Assembly: GCA_951406725.2 (NCBI GenBank)
Contig: OX597830.1
Coordinates: 69,006,001-69,070,000, forward strand
Length of the DNA stretch: 64,000 nt
Reading direction: 5' to 3'
DNA from: Octopus vulgaris
Taxonomy: Eukaryota
Both the position numbers and the translations under genes were made by a program. The notes under the pieces are model-generated. The model was not told the DNA's origin. It saw only the letters and a program-made list of their open reading frames with translations, and made no database searches. Below, piece after piece: positions 25,586-38,910 of this stretch; within the stretch, counting starts at the first letter, position 1, and the number at the start of each line of letters is the position of its first letter.

Positions 25586-27891
25586 GTAATTGCTTTTAAT
25601 GTTTTTCTTTTTCATTTTTATTGCTAACGTTTGTCAGTAGAAATTTTATTGAATAATTAGTTCATGATTTTGCCAAAGAATTTCAATAGCAGCAACAATT
25701 TACATGCATTTTTAAAAATATATTTGCATACCTTTGCCTTTTCTGGTACAGTTGGCTCTTATTTTTTTCTATTGGTGAGTAATAATGGATAGCAGTACAC
25801 TTGCACTTAATGATTCTGAAAAGAAAGAAGTGTAAAGGTGACTTCGTTAAAGGTTCATATATGTGGAGATGGCATGAAAGAAAGGTCTTTCAAATATGGA
25901 CTCAACAGAGGGACTAGTAATTCTAGATGGTAGCAGTATCATAAATAAGATACTGAAGAATATAAAAGCAGGAAAAACTCCATGAACCATTAGGAATGAC
26001 TGCTATAATGTTTAAAATACTTTGCAGTGTGGGTTATGGCTTAGTTACTTGTATAGTCAATCAGATTATACAGGAAAGTGGTCTGCCCAGTGACAGGCAT
26101 TACATTATTACAACCGACTATCACAAGGATAAAGAAGATACTAGAGAAAGGTAATCACAGAAGTATCAAATAGCTGGACAAAGTTATGGGAACAACTACA
26201 GCTCAAATAATTAGAGAAAAAGTTACACTAGACGAGATATAGTTTGGTTTTTTATTAGGGACAAGTACTAGAGAAGTCTTTTCCTTTTAGCGAAGTAACT
26301 GCTGCAGAAGCATTTAGTTAAAAGTAAGCTGCTCTACTGAACATTCATTGGCCTGCAGAAAACCTTTGACAGAGATCCTTATTCTATGATGGTAGTTAGA
26401 GAGGGAGATAGCAGAAGCCAAATGGCTTGTGATAGCCACACAAACCCTGTATAGAATAGCTATTAGAAATAAATTCCACGCAGTGTCCTCAGTGAAAACT
26501 ATAGAAACACAGGAGTTGCATAGTATCACAGACAGTTTAATAGAGAAAGTAAACTTCATATGCAGCTGATGCACATGCAAAAAAATTCTATATGTACATG
26601 GGAAATAGATTTTGTGAAATGCCCAGGATGATCCTTAGACAGAAAAGATAGTTATTATTACATAGCAGTGGAGAATGTTGTTCGGAAATTATAACAACTA
26701 GAATAAAAATTAGGCTGGAGAAATTTGAAGGAGTTTTACCTTTTGTTGGTAACAAAGCATTTCTCTCATTATGAAAAACTGATGGTATGATGATTATGTA
26801 CGAACGACAGTGCTACATAGTAATGAGTTGTGGACCCTAAACACAGTGGATATGCGAAGATGTATAAAATCTGTGTATATGAACAATAATGTACAAACAT
26901 ATTGAGAAAAATGTGAGCAGAAAAGGAATCGATGTTTTGTTCAAGACTTTACGAATATGTTCATGGATGCTTTTGGGTGAGGTTAGCTGTATAACGAAAT
27001 GCTGTTTACTGAAAATCGATGGAACTTGTGGAAAAGGGAGATTGGGGTTGACATGAGATGAAATAGTGATCTTAGAACTTTAAATTTCACAGAGATAACA
27101 AAGAGGACACCTGACCATATGCGGTGCTTGAGAAGGCCACACATCTTGACTAAACATAGGTTCTAGAATCATAATGTCTATATATACTCTACCACTACCT
27201 CACTTAAATTCTTCATAAAACTTTCACCCCCTTCATTTTCCTATCACTGCTCTCTCCATCACTTTCCTAACTGCAGTATTTTGCTGCTATAGTTAACTGG
27301 GGAAAATAAATGTATATATCATCTACTCTTCTGTGATATCAGTTATCTTTCTTACTACCAAAAACTGCTTCATTTTATGTCGATGCTTCATTCTTAACAT
27401 TGTCCCTATCCACTCATATTTTACACTGAGTATCCCCCACCTTTTCAATGCTATCAAATTACCTTTCCTTTTCCCTCTTCACTGAACCAACTTCCCTCCA
27501 CACAACATCTTACACTCCATTTGAGGGGGTCTTGTACTGCAAGTTACTTGGTGACCTCATGGTTGCTGTAGTCACATAAGGAGCACCCAGTACACTCAGT
27601 AAAGTGGTTGGCATTAGGAAAGGCATCCAGTTGTAGAAACCATGCCAAAATAAACTGAAGAACTTGGTGTAGTCTTCTGATTTGCCTGTCCCCCTCAAAT
27701 CGTCCTACTCACACTAGCATGGTAAATGGACATTAAATGATGATGATGTTAATGATGTTATATACATATGTGTGTGAGAACCTGCTGCATGTGTGTGTGC
27801 GCATGTGTGTGTTTGTGTGCGTGTATGCATGTAAATGGGGGTCCTGGAAATAGCCTTTTCACACTTTAAGAGGTTTCAGGCATGCGCATTG

Positions 27892-27939
<48 letters not shown>

Positions 27940-27942
<3 letters not shown>

Positions 27943-28497
27943 CTACAAGGATATCCAGAGGTAATGCAGTACAATCGTTTCAAGCAACTCCATTTAATTC
28001 AACAATGCAATCATTACATCAATTTAAATGCAGAGCAATCCTCAGCTGCATTAAGACATAGAATTTAATTAAACTAAAACAGATGGACATATTAATATAA
28101 TTTTACCTAAATTTTCCTGGAAGGTAAGGAGATAGATAAAGAACATGATATTTTCACTTCAGCTACAAAGGTATCAGGAAGAAAGACTAATTACAGATTT
28201 GCTTGCCATTGTTTTATGGGTTCAGTTTTAATTTATAGACTAGTTTATCACAAGGAGCAGTGCCTGTTAGGAAGGAGGCTGAGGGAGTCGACAGAAATCA
28301 TAGTAGGTATAGTCATAAAAACTGTCAAGATTTATTTGAAGCAATATCATGAGATTTGCTAATTTAATTAAATTCTGTGTCTTTATGTAGCTGAGGATTG
28401 TTCTGCATTTAAATTGATGTAATGATTGCATTGTTCAATTAAATGGAGTTGCTTGAAACGATCGTACTGCATTACCTCTGGATATCCTTGTTGCTTA
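27940..28497. mobile_element. Penelope-like tail cassette: ~135-bp inverted arms, each carrying a hammerhead motif
   Basis: 27940-28073 is the reverse complement of 28362-28497; the cassette follows (TA)n. Confidence 0.75.
28385..28472 (+). ncRNA. Type I hammerhead motif (mirror copy at 27964-28051, minus strand)
   Basis: atgtag CTGAGGA ... GAAAC gatc GTA^ctgcat. Palindromic stem III ACGATCGT; the closing pair of stem II is imperfect. Confidence 0.65.
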
Positions 28498-28951
28498 TTT
28501 TGATTTTAATCACCTTATTTTGAAATTGTATGGATAATACCGTACTAAGTTCTGGTGACTCAACATAAGTACAATATTCATCTGAATTCATATATATATA
28601 TATATAGAATATAATGAAAGTCAGGAGGTATGAGATGGCTATATTTATTTCACCAGTTGATATCTGTAGGATGATGATTGTTTTCCAGTCAACATATTAT
28701 GATAAATAATTATTACAATAAAATCAATGTCCAATATTCAATGAAATTGTTGCTTGAATTGTCTTAACTTCATCTGAGACAGGATAAACCTATAACTTCT
28801 CAATTATTTAACGTCAAATACCACAATCTCTATATTATGGATACATACAATAAAACATTACAATAAAATTTATTCACTAAATTGCTTTTTCCCATTATAT
28901 TAAACATTAGATTACGTAAATCTGTTTTTTATTTCTTTTTCTCTCGTACAG

Positions 28952-29132
28952 TTTGTCCGTGTCGATCACCAAATCTCTATGGAAACTACAATTGATTTGA
29001 TAAAACGCCTATGGTATTCATCATTGCCAAACTTACTTATTTCTGTGATTGGAGAAAGACAAGACTTTCAGTTGGATCCATTTGCTAGAGAAGCTCTTGG
29101 GCGTGGTTTGGTTAAAGCTGCACAAATCACAG
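28952..29132 (+). CDS. TRPM: TRPM exon, SLOG/MHR1 (FVRVDHQISMETTIDLIKRLWYSSLPNLLISVIGERQDFQLDPFAREALGRGLVKAAQITG)
   Basis: ctcgtacag acceptor, gtataa donor. PNLLISV and GLVKAA-x-x-TG are hallmark TRPM motifs. 181 nt, phase 0 to phase 1. Confidence 0.93.
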
Positions 29133-29171
29133 GTATAAAGTTTTATTTAATAATAACAACAACAATAACCT

Positions 29172-29308
29172 TTTCTATTATAGGAACCAGGCCTGAAAAT
29201 TTTGGCAAAATCGACCTCGGTGGAATTTGAATTCATAACACAGCGGTAAACGGAATACGACTAAGCATTTCAACCGACGTGCTAACGATTCTGCCAGCTT
29301 GCCGCCTT
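29172..29308 (-). mobile_element. tRNA-derived SINE, family 2 (related copies ~30280-30485 and 56120-56190)
   Basis: Minus-strand head ggcggcaagctggcagaatcgttagc...aattcaaattcc with A/B-box-like motifs. Confidence 0.65.
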
Positions 29309-29569
29309 TACAACAACAACAACAACAACAATAATAGTGAGAATGGAAACAAAGTTGGGGTATCACCTGGGAAGAGGTACAGGAACAAAAATTGGAGCAG
29401 AACTGGACAGCCTAGTCCAGTCTGTCTGGATTTCTCCCAATGATATTAAGATGGAGTTTAGACTTTCAAAATGTGCTACAATGGTGATGAGATGAAGAAA
29501 GCTTGCCAGGACAAAAGGTACAGGTTTATCAGGTGGTGAAATGATGAAGGCAAGTCAACCTCAATCCAA

Positions 29570-31585
29570 TTATAAATACCTGAGACTACTTGAAGCAGAT
29601 AGAATCAAACACAATGACATGAAGAAAAAGACAAAAAGAGAGTACCTGCGGTGAGTGAGAATAAATATTGCCTTCAAACGGAATGCCAGAAACATAATTT
29701 CAGCAATAAATTCGGGCGCAATCGCAGGGAGTTTGATATGGCACTGGAATCATGAAGTGGACAGAGAGGGAGGAGCTAAAGGAGATGGACAGGAAGTCAA
29801 GAAAGATGCTACCGATGCATGGAGCCCATCATCCACGTGCAGACACTGATCACCTGCACATGAAGAGAGCTAATGGATACAGGGGACTGATAAGTGTGAA
29901 AGACTGCGTCCATATCGAAATCGAGAGCTTAATGAGATACCTAGTCCAAAGTAATGAAACCTTGCTAGTGACAGTTAGGAATGAAGGAGTATTTAGAGCA
30001 GAGAAAAAGGGAAAACAAAGGAAGAAGTACAAACATTGAAGAATTACACCAGAAGGGACTACGCAATCAATTCCATGTAGCCATAACAGAAGTTGCTGGA
30101 AAATAGGTGGGACTGGCTGATGAAAGGAACTCTAAAAGAGAGACCGAGAGCACTATACTGGTAGAGCAAGACCAAAGCATCAACCTGAGAAATGAGAAAG
30201 TGTCTTCACTGTACTGCATCTGCAATAGAGTAGATAAAGAGATAATAATGATAATAATAATAATAATAATAATAATCCATTCTACTATAGGCACAAGACC
30301 TGAGATTTTAGGGGAGGGGGCTAGTCGATTACATCAGCCCCAATATTTCACTGGTATTTATTTTATCGACTCTGAAATAATGTAAAGCAAAGTTGCTCCT
30401 AGTGTAATTTGGATTCAGAACGCAGAGACGGACGAAATGCTGCTAAGCATTCCATCCGGCGTGATAATGATTCTGCCTGTTCACTCGAAAATTAAGGTTG
30501 GTGTGGTGCTCAAAACTGACTGGGTGGAATAAAATCCAAACAGGTAATACATGAACGATAGCATCACATCAGTATGGAGCTGGAATTATAAAATTACAAA
30601 AAGAAAGAACTGATGAAAATAGATATGAAGTGAAAAGAATGTTGACAACGCAAGAAGCCTACTACCCTGGGAGTGAGACCGATAGGACGTACTTTTACAG
30701 AAGAAAGGTTGGGGGAGGTTTGATCAGTTGCCAGGATTTTATCTTAGCAGATGAAAAAGGCTTATTGTGATACATAAAAATGCCGTAGGCCCATTGTAGA
30801 AACATGGGAAGGAGGCTGGTGCCATTAAAACTGAGAAATGTGTCAAGAAAGAAAAATTTACAGGGGAAGAAAACAGGATGGATGGAAACAAAAATGTACG
30901 TTCAGTTTGCCAGAGATATCGGTGAGTAGTTGTAACCTGAAAATATAGACAGAAGCACTTACACACGCAGCTCAAGAACAAGTGTTAAGGACTTACTATG
31001 AGAAATGCAGAATCAACAACACTACCGACAGCAACAAAAGCAGAATGTGTGGTGAGATGAATGAAACGGTATTGCACATCGTTAGTGAATGCCCAAAATT
31101 GGTACAACTCGAATGCAAAAGACGGCATGACAATTTAGTAAGAATGATCCGTTGGAAGCTCCGTTAAAATCATGGCCAACAAAGAGCAAAGACGTGGTAT
31201 AAGAAAACCCAAGAGTCACCGAGAATGAGAAGTGCAATGTCCTATGAGATGCAATGATTCAGTGTGGTAACTTGACCATGCATCGGAAACTGGACATCGT
31301 TGTGGTGAATAAGAAAGAAAGAAAATGCACGATAATCGACATAGCATGTCCCAGTGACAACAGGATCAAAGAGAAAAAAGTAAAAGTAAACAACGCTGAC
31401 GATTTGAAGTGGGAAATACAAAAGTTGTAGTGAATGGGAGAGTAGATGTGATACCAATAGTAATTGGTGCCCTTGGAAATATCAGCACTCAGCTACCAAT
31501 GTGGCTGAAAAGATTGGTGAAAGTGTGAAGATAGAACACCTAGAAAAATCCGCATTGCTTGGAGCTGCAAGAATTCTACACAGAA
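29570..31585 (+). mobile_element. Two decayed R4/Dong-like LINE fragments separated by (TAA)n and a SINE
   Basis: MDRKSRKML.MHGAHHPRADTDHL; C..CGE..ETV.HIVSEC..L...RRHD; PIVIGALG. Confidence 0.8.
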
Positions 31586-32630
31586 TGACACTTTCTATTA
31601 TACCCAGCAAAATAAGCTGAGAGTTTTCATCAAATAATAATAATGATAATGATTATCATAGTTTTTATCGAAAGAACATTTTGTTAAACCCAAAATCCTT
31701 AACTTCCTGTATCACTATCTTTTGATCCCTCCCTCCCTCTCTCTCTCTTCTCTTTCTTCCCCCTCTCTCTCTCCCTCTCTTTCTGATACTTTTGATGATT
31801 TTATACAATACTATAAACTGCACCACACTTCCTCTAATCATACAATTCACCTTCATTTCCCTAACAACATGTATGAAACTGACTCTAAATTCTAAATTCC
31901 TATTTTAACGGAAAGTGAGCTATTTTTTAATCATAACAATATAGGTTTTTTTTTGTTTGTTTTGAAGATCGTTGTGTATTAATCCCAAAATATTTAACAA
32001 CCTACATCACTACATTTCTCACGTTCTTTCTCTCTCTCATCGATGTATGTGTTGCTCTTTTGCTTCCTCACTCAGTAACAGACTTTCCCACCTTCTCTCG
32101 TGATCAATGCACTCACCCTCTGAATTCATCACTTCCACCACTATCTCTTGTGTACAGTCACACTAGGAAGTACATTTTCTTTCCTCTCTCATTTCTCTAT
32201 CTTTCCTTTACTTCCTCTTCTTCACTTATCTCTCTTGTACTTAATTGATTCAGACACGTGACATTCACCTCTCCGCCACCACCAAGACTGAAATAGTGAA
32301 ATCAAATCATATCCGAATGACTGAATGGAGATCAACTTCCACAAAGTTGGGCCATTCTCGACTAAACCGGCAACACCCCCAGAGCGCACTCTGTGAGGAG
32401 GCTCTTTTTTTATTTATTTGGATCTCCTGCAGGACGAAAAACAAAACTATTCTTGGGGTGGATGAACTCTGAAGACTCAACACCCATCCAAATAATATTT
32501 GTGTATTTGTTGTACCGACGAAGGCATTACCACTTAGGATAGCAGTAATAATTTTCCAACATCTTCGGCTTGTAGTATTCTTTGTTCAGTCTGCACAGCA
32601 ACTTGTAGTAGATAAGTCTATGTAAATACA

Positions 32631-32703
<73 letters not shown>

Positions 32704-33184
32704 GGTTTAGCCGTTGTCTGTGAAACTAGAGACATATCTGTCTAGGTGGATAAACGTGTATAAGTGCAAATTGTAAGATTATACGTATATATGTGTGATA
32801 TGTGCGTGTATACATGTTTATTGTGTGTGCTTGTAAATAAGCATAAGTATGTTTATATTTGCATGTATGTATCTAAGACATTGTATCTATTCACCCTTAG
32901 ACGGTGGTAAAAGGAAAATATATATCTACAACCTTCAACGGAGTAACAGTTATATATACAACTTGAACAGACATACATATCAGTACATAAACATTCCTTT
33001 ACCTGTACATACACATATACACACACACAGACATATTTATACACTTATGTAAATGCTCACATACATACATACAAGCGTAAATGCATATATGCATGCATGT
33101 GCAAAACATATAGATATATGCATACATCCATGCATACATATATGCATACATCCATGCATACATATATGCATACATACATATATA

Positions 33185-33665
33185 CATACTGAGTACAGTT
33201 GTGAGAATTACCTGCCCAGCGGATGTTAACGTAAAGCCGAGGATCAGTGAATAAGAGAATACCTACGCCGACCTATTGAGAAATTTGTAGTTACTCTATC
33301 CAGATTACAAGTTCAGGTTTGTATCTGTAGTTATTGGGGCTCTGGGATATGCAATACACTGCCTAAATACCAATCTTGAGAAATTAGGCTTCTCAAATCC
33401 ATAAAGGAGAAAGCTAATTCTGAAACTACAGATCTGATCCATCACTGGAACTGTAAAAATCTATAAAACTTTCCAGAAGTTTATCATTTAAATATATATG
33501 AGCATGTTTAGATATGCAACAATATGCATGAGAATACATACATAAAGCAAAAATCTGCATATATACACACAGTTGTTGATGATGAAATTCCAATGAAGGA
33601 GCCTTGGATCTAGGATGGAGACTGGCTCTTTCTTTATTGGCAAGAAATCTTGAAATAAAACACAC
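33185..33665 (+). mobile_element. RLE-type LINE 3' end (different family)
   Basis: Frameshifted ITCPADVNV...KENTYADLLRNL...VVIGALGY endonuclease C-terminus. Confidence 0.6.
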
Positions 33666-34678
33666 ATGTATTACTAAAAAACTGCTATTCCCTCAGATTC
33701 AGCACCAAGTCTTTTCAGTGAACAGGTCACTGTTTGAAAGTGATGAAAATATCTTGACACAAATGAAAATTAAATGTTGAAGTGAAACTAACGGTTTTTG
33801 TGTTCTTGAATGACTTACAAATATATTCCTTGCTGCAATTTTATCTATTTTTTGTAATAATAATTTATTTTGACATGTTATAAAGATTTTATAGTTTAAG
33901 TGTTTGTGATTTAAACCAAAGTCCAGCTTAATTGAACAGATTCATGCTCAAAATCATTGCTGCAATGACCATCCCACCTTATACAGGTTCGTCAGACAAC
34001 TTTATCCAATGTGTTCAGTCATTTTCTAAGGCAGTAGGGTATAATTTGATGGAGGAGATATAATTGTTGTTTTCTGAAGGTCAAATGACCATGTAGATGT
34101 TACGTGAGGTATTGGGAAACGGAAAGAGTGATATTCATATATTATTCCATAGCATTACTAGACTTGGGCCAATAAGTGAAACCATGCCACACTTTCATGT
34201 AAGACTTTAATCTTTCTCTCTAACACACAACACATTTCCAGTTAGCAATATGGAATCAATAGCAATATACTGGGAGCAGACGACTGTAACTGAAAAATGC
34301 TGGACTAAATCTATTGTAGTATTTAGCTTTTGGTTACGAGTTCAAATTCTATCAGGGGTGAAATTTTATTTTGCTTATTATCTTGTCAAGAATTGATTTT
34401 AAAAAATCAATAGGAGAGTCCTGGATTGATTCAACACAGTAAATCAAGGCTTCCATAATGAGAACTATGTCAATAATTAAATCAACCTAAGTTAATTACT
34501 GGTGAATTTCCCATTAACCTTACATGCACAAAAAGAAAATTCACTCCTTTTGTGTGATTTGAAGTCTGAATGTGAAGGAATATAACTAAATACCAGAAAT
34601 TATTTTGTCCAAAAATCTACAATCATTTAGAATAAGCAATCAATGTTTGAATATAATTATTGTTCTCTTGTTTTGCAG

Positions 34679-34841
34679 GTGCCTGGATCATAAGTGATGG
34701 CTTACATACTGGAGTTGCAAAACATATTGGGAAGGCTATACATGATAATGAAACTGCAGTGACTAGCAAGAAGAAAGTGGTAACAATAGGTATGCATCAT
34801 GGAAATGTGTACAAAACAAGGAATCCCTTGTGAATGAAGAG
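34679..34841 (+). CDS. TRPM: TRPM exon (GAWIISDGLHTGVAKHIGKAIHDNETAVTSKKKVVTIG/ASWKCVQNKESLVNEE) with an apparent 1-nt deletion at ~34793
   Basis: ttttgcag acceptor, gtaaat donor. GAWI..G...GV.KH.G.A motif. The exon is 163 nt, but 164 nt are needed to keep frame with both neighbouring exons. Confidence 0.88.
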
Positions 34842-35389
34842 GTAAATTTCTGTTTAAGTTATTTTCCTTATTTTTAAACTTCTAAGTATATTCTTGTTCT
34901 ATATTAATATTAAATACTGATTTTTAACATTATAGTATTGATTCTTAGAATTTCAATATTCATTGTAGGGTAAACTTAAAACATTAGCTTACATCAAAGG
35001 ATTAAAAAAAAAGGCCCATATGATTTCCATTTATGATACAATGCTAATTTTGTGATAAGGGAAGTAATACATTCAAGGTTTTTCAGTTTCGTGTATTATT
35101 TTCTGTTTTACTTGAATTTTAATAGCAAAAGTGTCTGAGTGAATACAGAGTTAAATTATCTGATCATAGAGAATTGGTTCAATTCTTCTGCCGGTATTTC
35201 ATAGTTTCTAAGGAAAAACATTTTATTCTACATTGCTCGGTTTCCTTAGTTATCAAAAGTAAATAAAACATCAATTTGGCAATGTTCCGTCTCTTCTCAA
35301 ATACTATCAATCATCTTAGTCACTTGTTTCACATCGGATCCAGTTTCTGATTCTGATTAGAATCAGTGTGCAATGAATATGACTCAACA

Positions 35390-37260
35390 AAGCCGCAATA
35401 CAACTCCAGAACTTCCTCGGCGATGACCACTAATCTCTCTAGCAAGATTCTCATGAAGATCTTCCCAAAGATGCTGAGAAGAGAGATGCTGTAACTGTAT
35501 TCACAGATTGCTCAGTCACCTCTGTTGAAGACTGTGATGATAGTCACATTGTTAAGGTCTCCAGGAACTGCTGCTGCTTCCCAAATGCGTTGGATAAACC
35601 TATACAACTTGATCTTCACAGTTTGACAACCGTGAGGCAGGAGCTTCAGAACTATGTTGTCATGACCAGGTGCTCCCCATTTCTTCATGCGTTTTAGAGC
35701 CTTTTCCAGCTCAAGATAATTTGGAGGGAGTAACATCCAGTCTCAGATAGGATACTAGGGGATACTTCAGAGGAGGTCAATCATTGCAGTAGATGGCCGG
35801 TTGACAAGAGTATTCCTTCCATGTTTCAAGTGTGTCTTGATTGTCCATCAAAGGGGTTAATCTGGTGGTGGATATGAGTGTATTGTTTACTCTACTAGGA
35901 GAACCAACGATTCCCCTTTTCCCAGCATAGAAACGCCTGCCTAGGGTCTTTACTGTTTGCGAAAAACTGTATCTCCCCTGCTTTTGCTAGCCACCAGAGA
36001 TTTTGGAGTTCATGGATCCTGCACTGGCATTGCTCCTTGGCCTACCAGAAGCATCGCAAGTGGGTTCACATTGGGAAATCCTATACCAGACGAAATTCTC
36101 TCTTCTGATCGATCAGCTTGGCAATATGGTTGTCATTTTGGTCAAACCAGTCTTAATGAGCGTGTTTGTAAAAGCCAGTTATTCCCCCAGGAGCTTTGGT
36201 GATCGTTTTGCCTAAATCAAACCAATATACTTCCACACTGTCCACTGCCCGTCAATGATAATGGTGGGGTACCTTCTTCAGAAAGTTCCATGAGGTGTGA
36301 TGAGTGATCGCCCCAACATCGTAGGTCTTCAGTTTAGAAACAAAACCATCAAAGTGTCCACTCTATCTTTGTAGATACATTGCGATATGGAAGGTTTCGC
36401 AACTAAAACCTGTGCAGTCAATGATCCCTCCAGCGGTCCTCTGTGACAGGGAGGCTGTGGTTCATTGGTACGTTGCTCTCATCACAGGATCAAGTGAGAA
36501 AGTAGTCCAGGTTGTGCCAGCACTTTTATCTTGGATACTCTTACGTGGTCTTTTGCTGGTTGGGAAAATGTAAATAACCATAAGCTCATTCTCAGCGCAT
36601 AAGCCAATGAACAGCGGTATGTTTGAGTTTCAGTTTCCCACATCCTGTTTTCCCAGAATTCCCGTCCAGTGTTCATTAGTTCATCGACCCTGGCATTTAA
36701 ATCTCTCTTGGCTTGTCCTGTTGAGATTAGAGTATTACAAATCTTTGATCTCATATCTAGAATCAAGGGTAGCAGCAGTAACTAGGATTAACGCAAGAAG
36801 ATTGTTCTTGAGGCACTCAATGATAGAGGTGGGAGACGGATTGTGTCTGTTCACTACGGAATTCTTCACAAAAACATGACCGAGGATTCACTGCTCTGTA
36901 AGATTTCTACCTTTACAGAAAAAGGTGTAAACCCTTCCTTCTTCACAAAGACTGCCAGTGAGTCTTGTTTCGGGTAGGTTTGTGATGTCCACACTGTAAG
37001 GATTCAGTTCTCCGCTCAAACAAGCAGTGCACTGTTTGGGTCTGTCTGTGTCATCCAGAGCCAGGAGTGTGCGCACATTCCAACTTCTCACAAAAAAGAA
37101 AGTTTTTCTTTTTTGCTTTTGCTTCCACTGTAATGGGTTACCAATGGCCTTGGTAAGTCAGTCAAGGAAACGAATGGTGTCCAAAGTTTGGCCTAACTTT
37201 TCTAGAGGCATTCTTGTACGGTTGCACTGCAGTAATCCCGAGTAGGCTAACTCAACGACA
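35390..37260 (-). mobile_element. Decayed RTE (BovB-like) LINE, APE to early RT
   Basis: SWNVRTLL..., ETRL.G...E.G.YTFF.KG, KWGAPGHDNI, IITVF.RGD. Confidence 0.8.
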
Positions 37261-37314
37261 CCACACTTCATGGATATGATACGGGTCAATGGAATTGCAA
37301 AAAGGTTGTATCCC

Positions 37315-37428
<114 letters not shown>

Positions 37429-37439
37429 ATAAATAAATG

Positions 37440-38210
37440 GAGTTAAACACAGGTGTTATTCACATTCTTTTACTTCCGACACGTTTCGAAGACATCACTG
37501 GTTTTATTCCAAAGGAATAAATTGGTGTAAAACAATGTAATCTTCTCTTCAGCGAAATGAAGAAATGAAACTCATCAATAAGACATTTTAACAGAAAATG
37601 ATGGATATGTATAGTGATTAACTGAATGCTATAAAGTTTGTTTCAAAAAAACGTTATACGATATAACGTCAAAGGTAGCCTATAGAAAGAGGAGAGATAA
37701 AGGAAAGAAAAACCAAATAAATGAGAAGTATATAACTATATGTATATTAAATAAAACTATATAGACTTGGAAAAGATATATCTAGTGAATTTGAAATGTA
37801 AGAAATTTAAAGTTTAAATTATATATAATGATAGATATCACTTATATGAACTAAAGGTGTATTTCTGCCAATGTTTACATCAGTACGCATGCTCTATAAT
37901 CGTGTTGACAAGGGGACTTTTAGAAAAAAGAATAAAAAATAGTTCAGAATTACAGAGAAGATAGAATTCCTTGCATTTGTCATAAGGTATCAAGATTGAG
38001 AGAATCAACCAATCTAAATTAAATTGTTTACTGTGGTCTATTAGATCTCAAATTAATTAACTAAGCCCTGTACTGTTATGTTTATTCCTATCCCTAAAAG
38101 TAGAGTAATGATTAGAAATTCTTTTAGATAACTGAGAAGATGTGCTTCCTATATAAAAAATACTTCATTACCAGTAGTAATTTTACTCTGGTATATTGAA
38201 TTTTTAATTT
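37440..38210 (-). mobile_element. Decayed Penelope-like element related to 400-1380 (GIY-YIG + tail)
   Basis: 37850-38210 aligns with the GIY-YIG region 1010-1380, now with stops. Confidence 0.8.
37462..37566 (-). ncRNA. Type I hammerhead, paralog of 437-529
   Basis: Minus strand: atttcg CTGAAGA gaaga...tcttc GAAAC gt GTC^ggaagt. One mismatch at the base of stem I. Confidence 0.7.
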
Positions 38211-38343
38211 GTGTCTAAAATCTCGTTCAGAGATTTATTATTGCTTTCAGACCGTTTTTCGAAATCAGTGACAGTGGTTACTGGGAAAAACATTAAATAG
38301 ATATTCGCAAACAGGTCTCTCCTCATCAAAAACCGGTGATTAC

Positions 38344-38388
38344 CGTGTGTTGACAAGAGACAATAATCTCGAAACTGCAGTCCATGCG
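38344..38388 (+). ncRNA. Hammerhead relic with core substitutions
   Basis: cgtgtg TTGACAA gaga-caataa-tctc GAAAC tgca GTC^catgcg. All three stems pair; palindromic stem III ACTGCAGT. Confidence 0.55.
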
Positions 38389-38611
38389 TATCACTTAGGT
38401 TTATGAGAGGGGATGACTTCCCTTTGCAAATATCATAAGGGCACAGAAATTGTGTCTAAAGCCATCTGGAGACGATGTTCTCCTGGGCTAAAAAGCTACA
38501 GTAACACCCACCCCAAGTGGTTAGCCATATTGAGATGGCTAGTATACTTTACGTTGTCGAGCGCTTACTGTTTACATCTCGTTCAGAGATTTATTATTGC
38601 TTATATATATA

Positions 38612-38890
<279 letters not shown>

Positions 38891-38910
38891 ATATATATAT
38901 ATATATATAT

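Larger units (their letters stand above)
24604..27865. repeat. 3.2-kb duplicated segment, copy 2
   Basis: Direct repeat of 18901-22122; both copies end at ...ccttttcacact. Confidence 0.95.
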
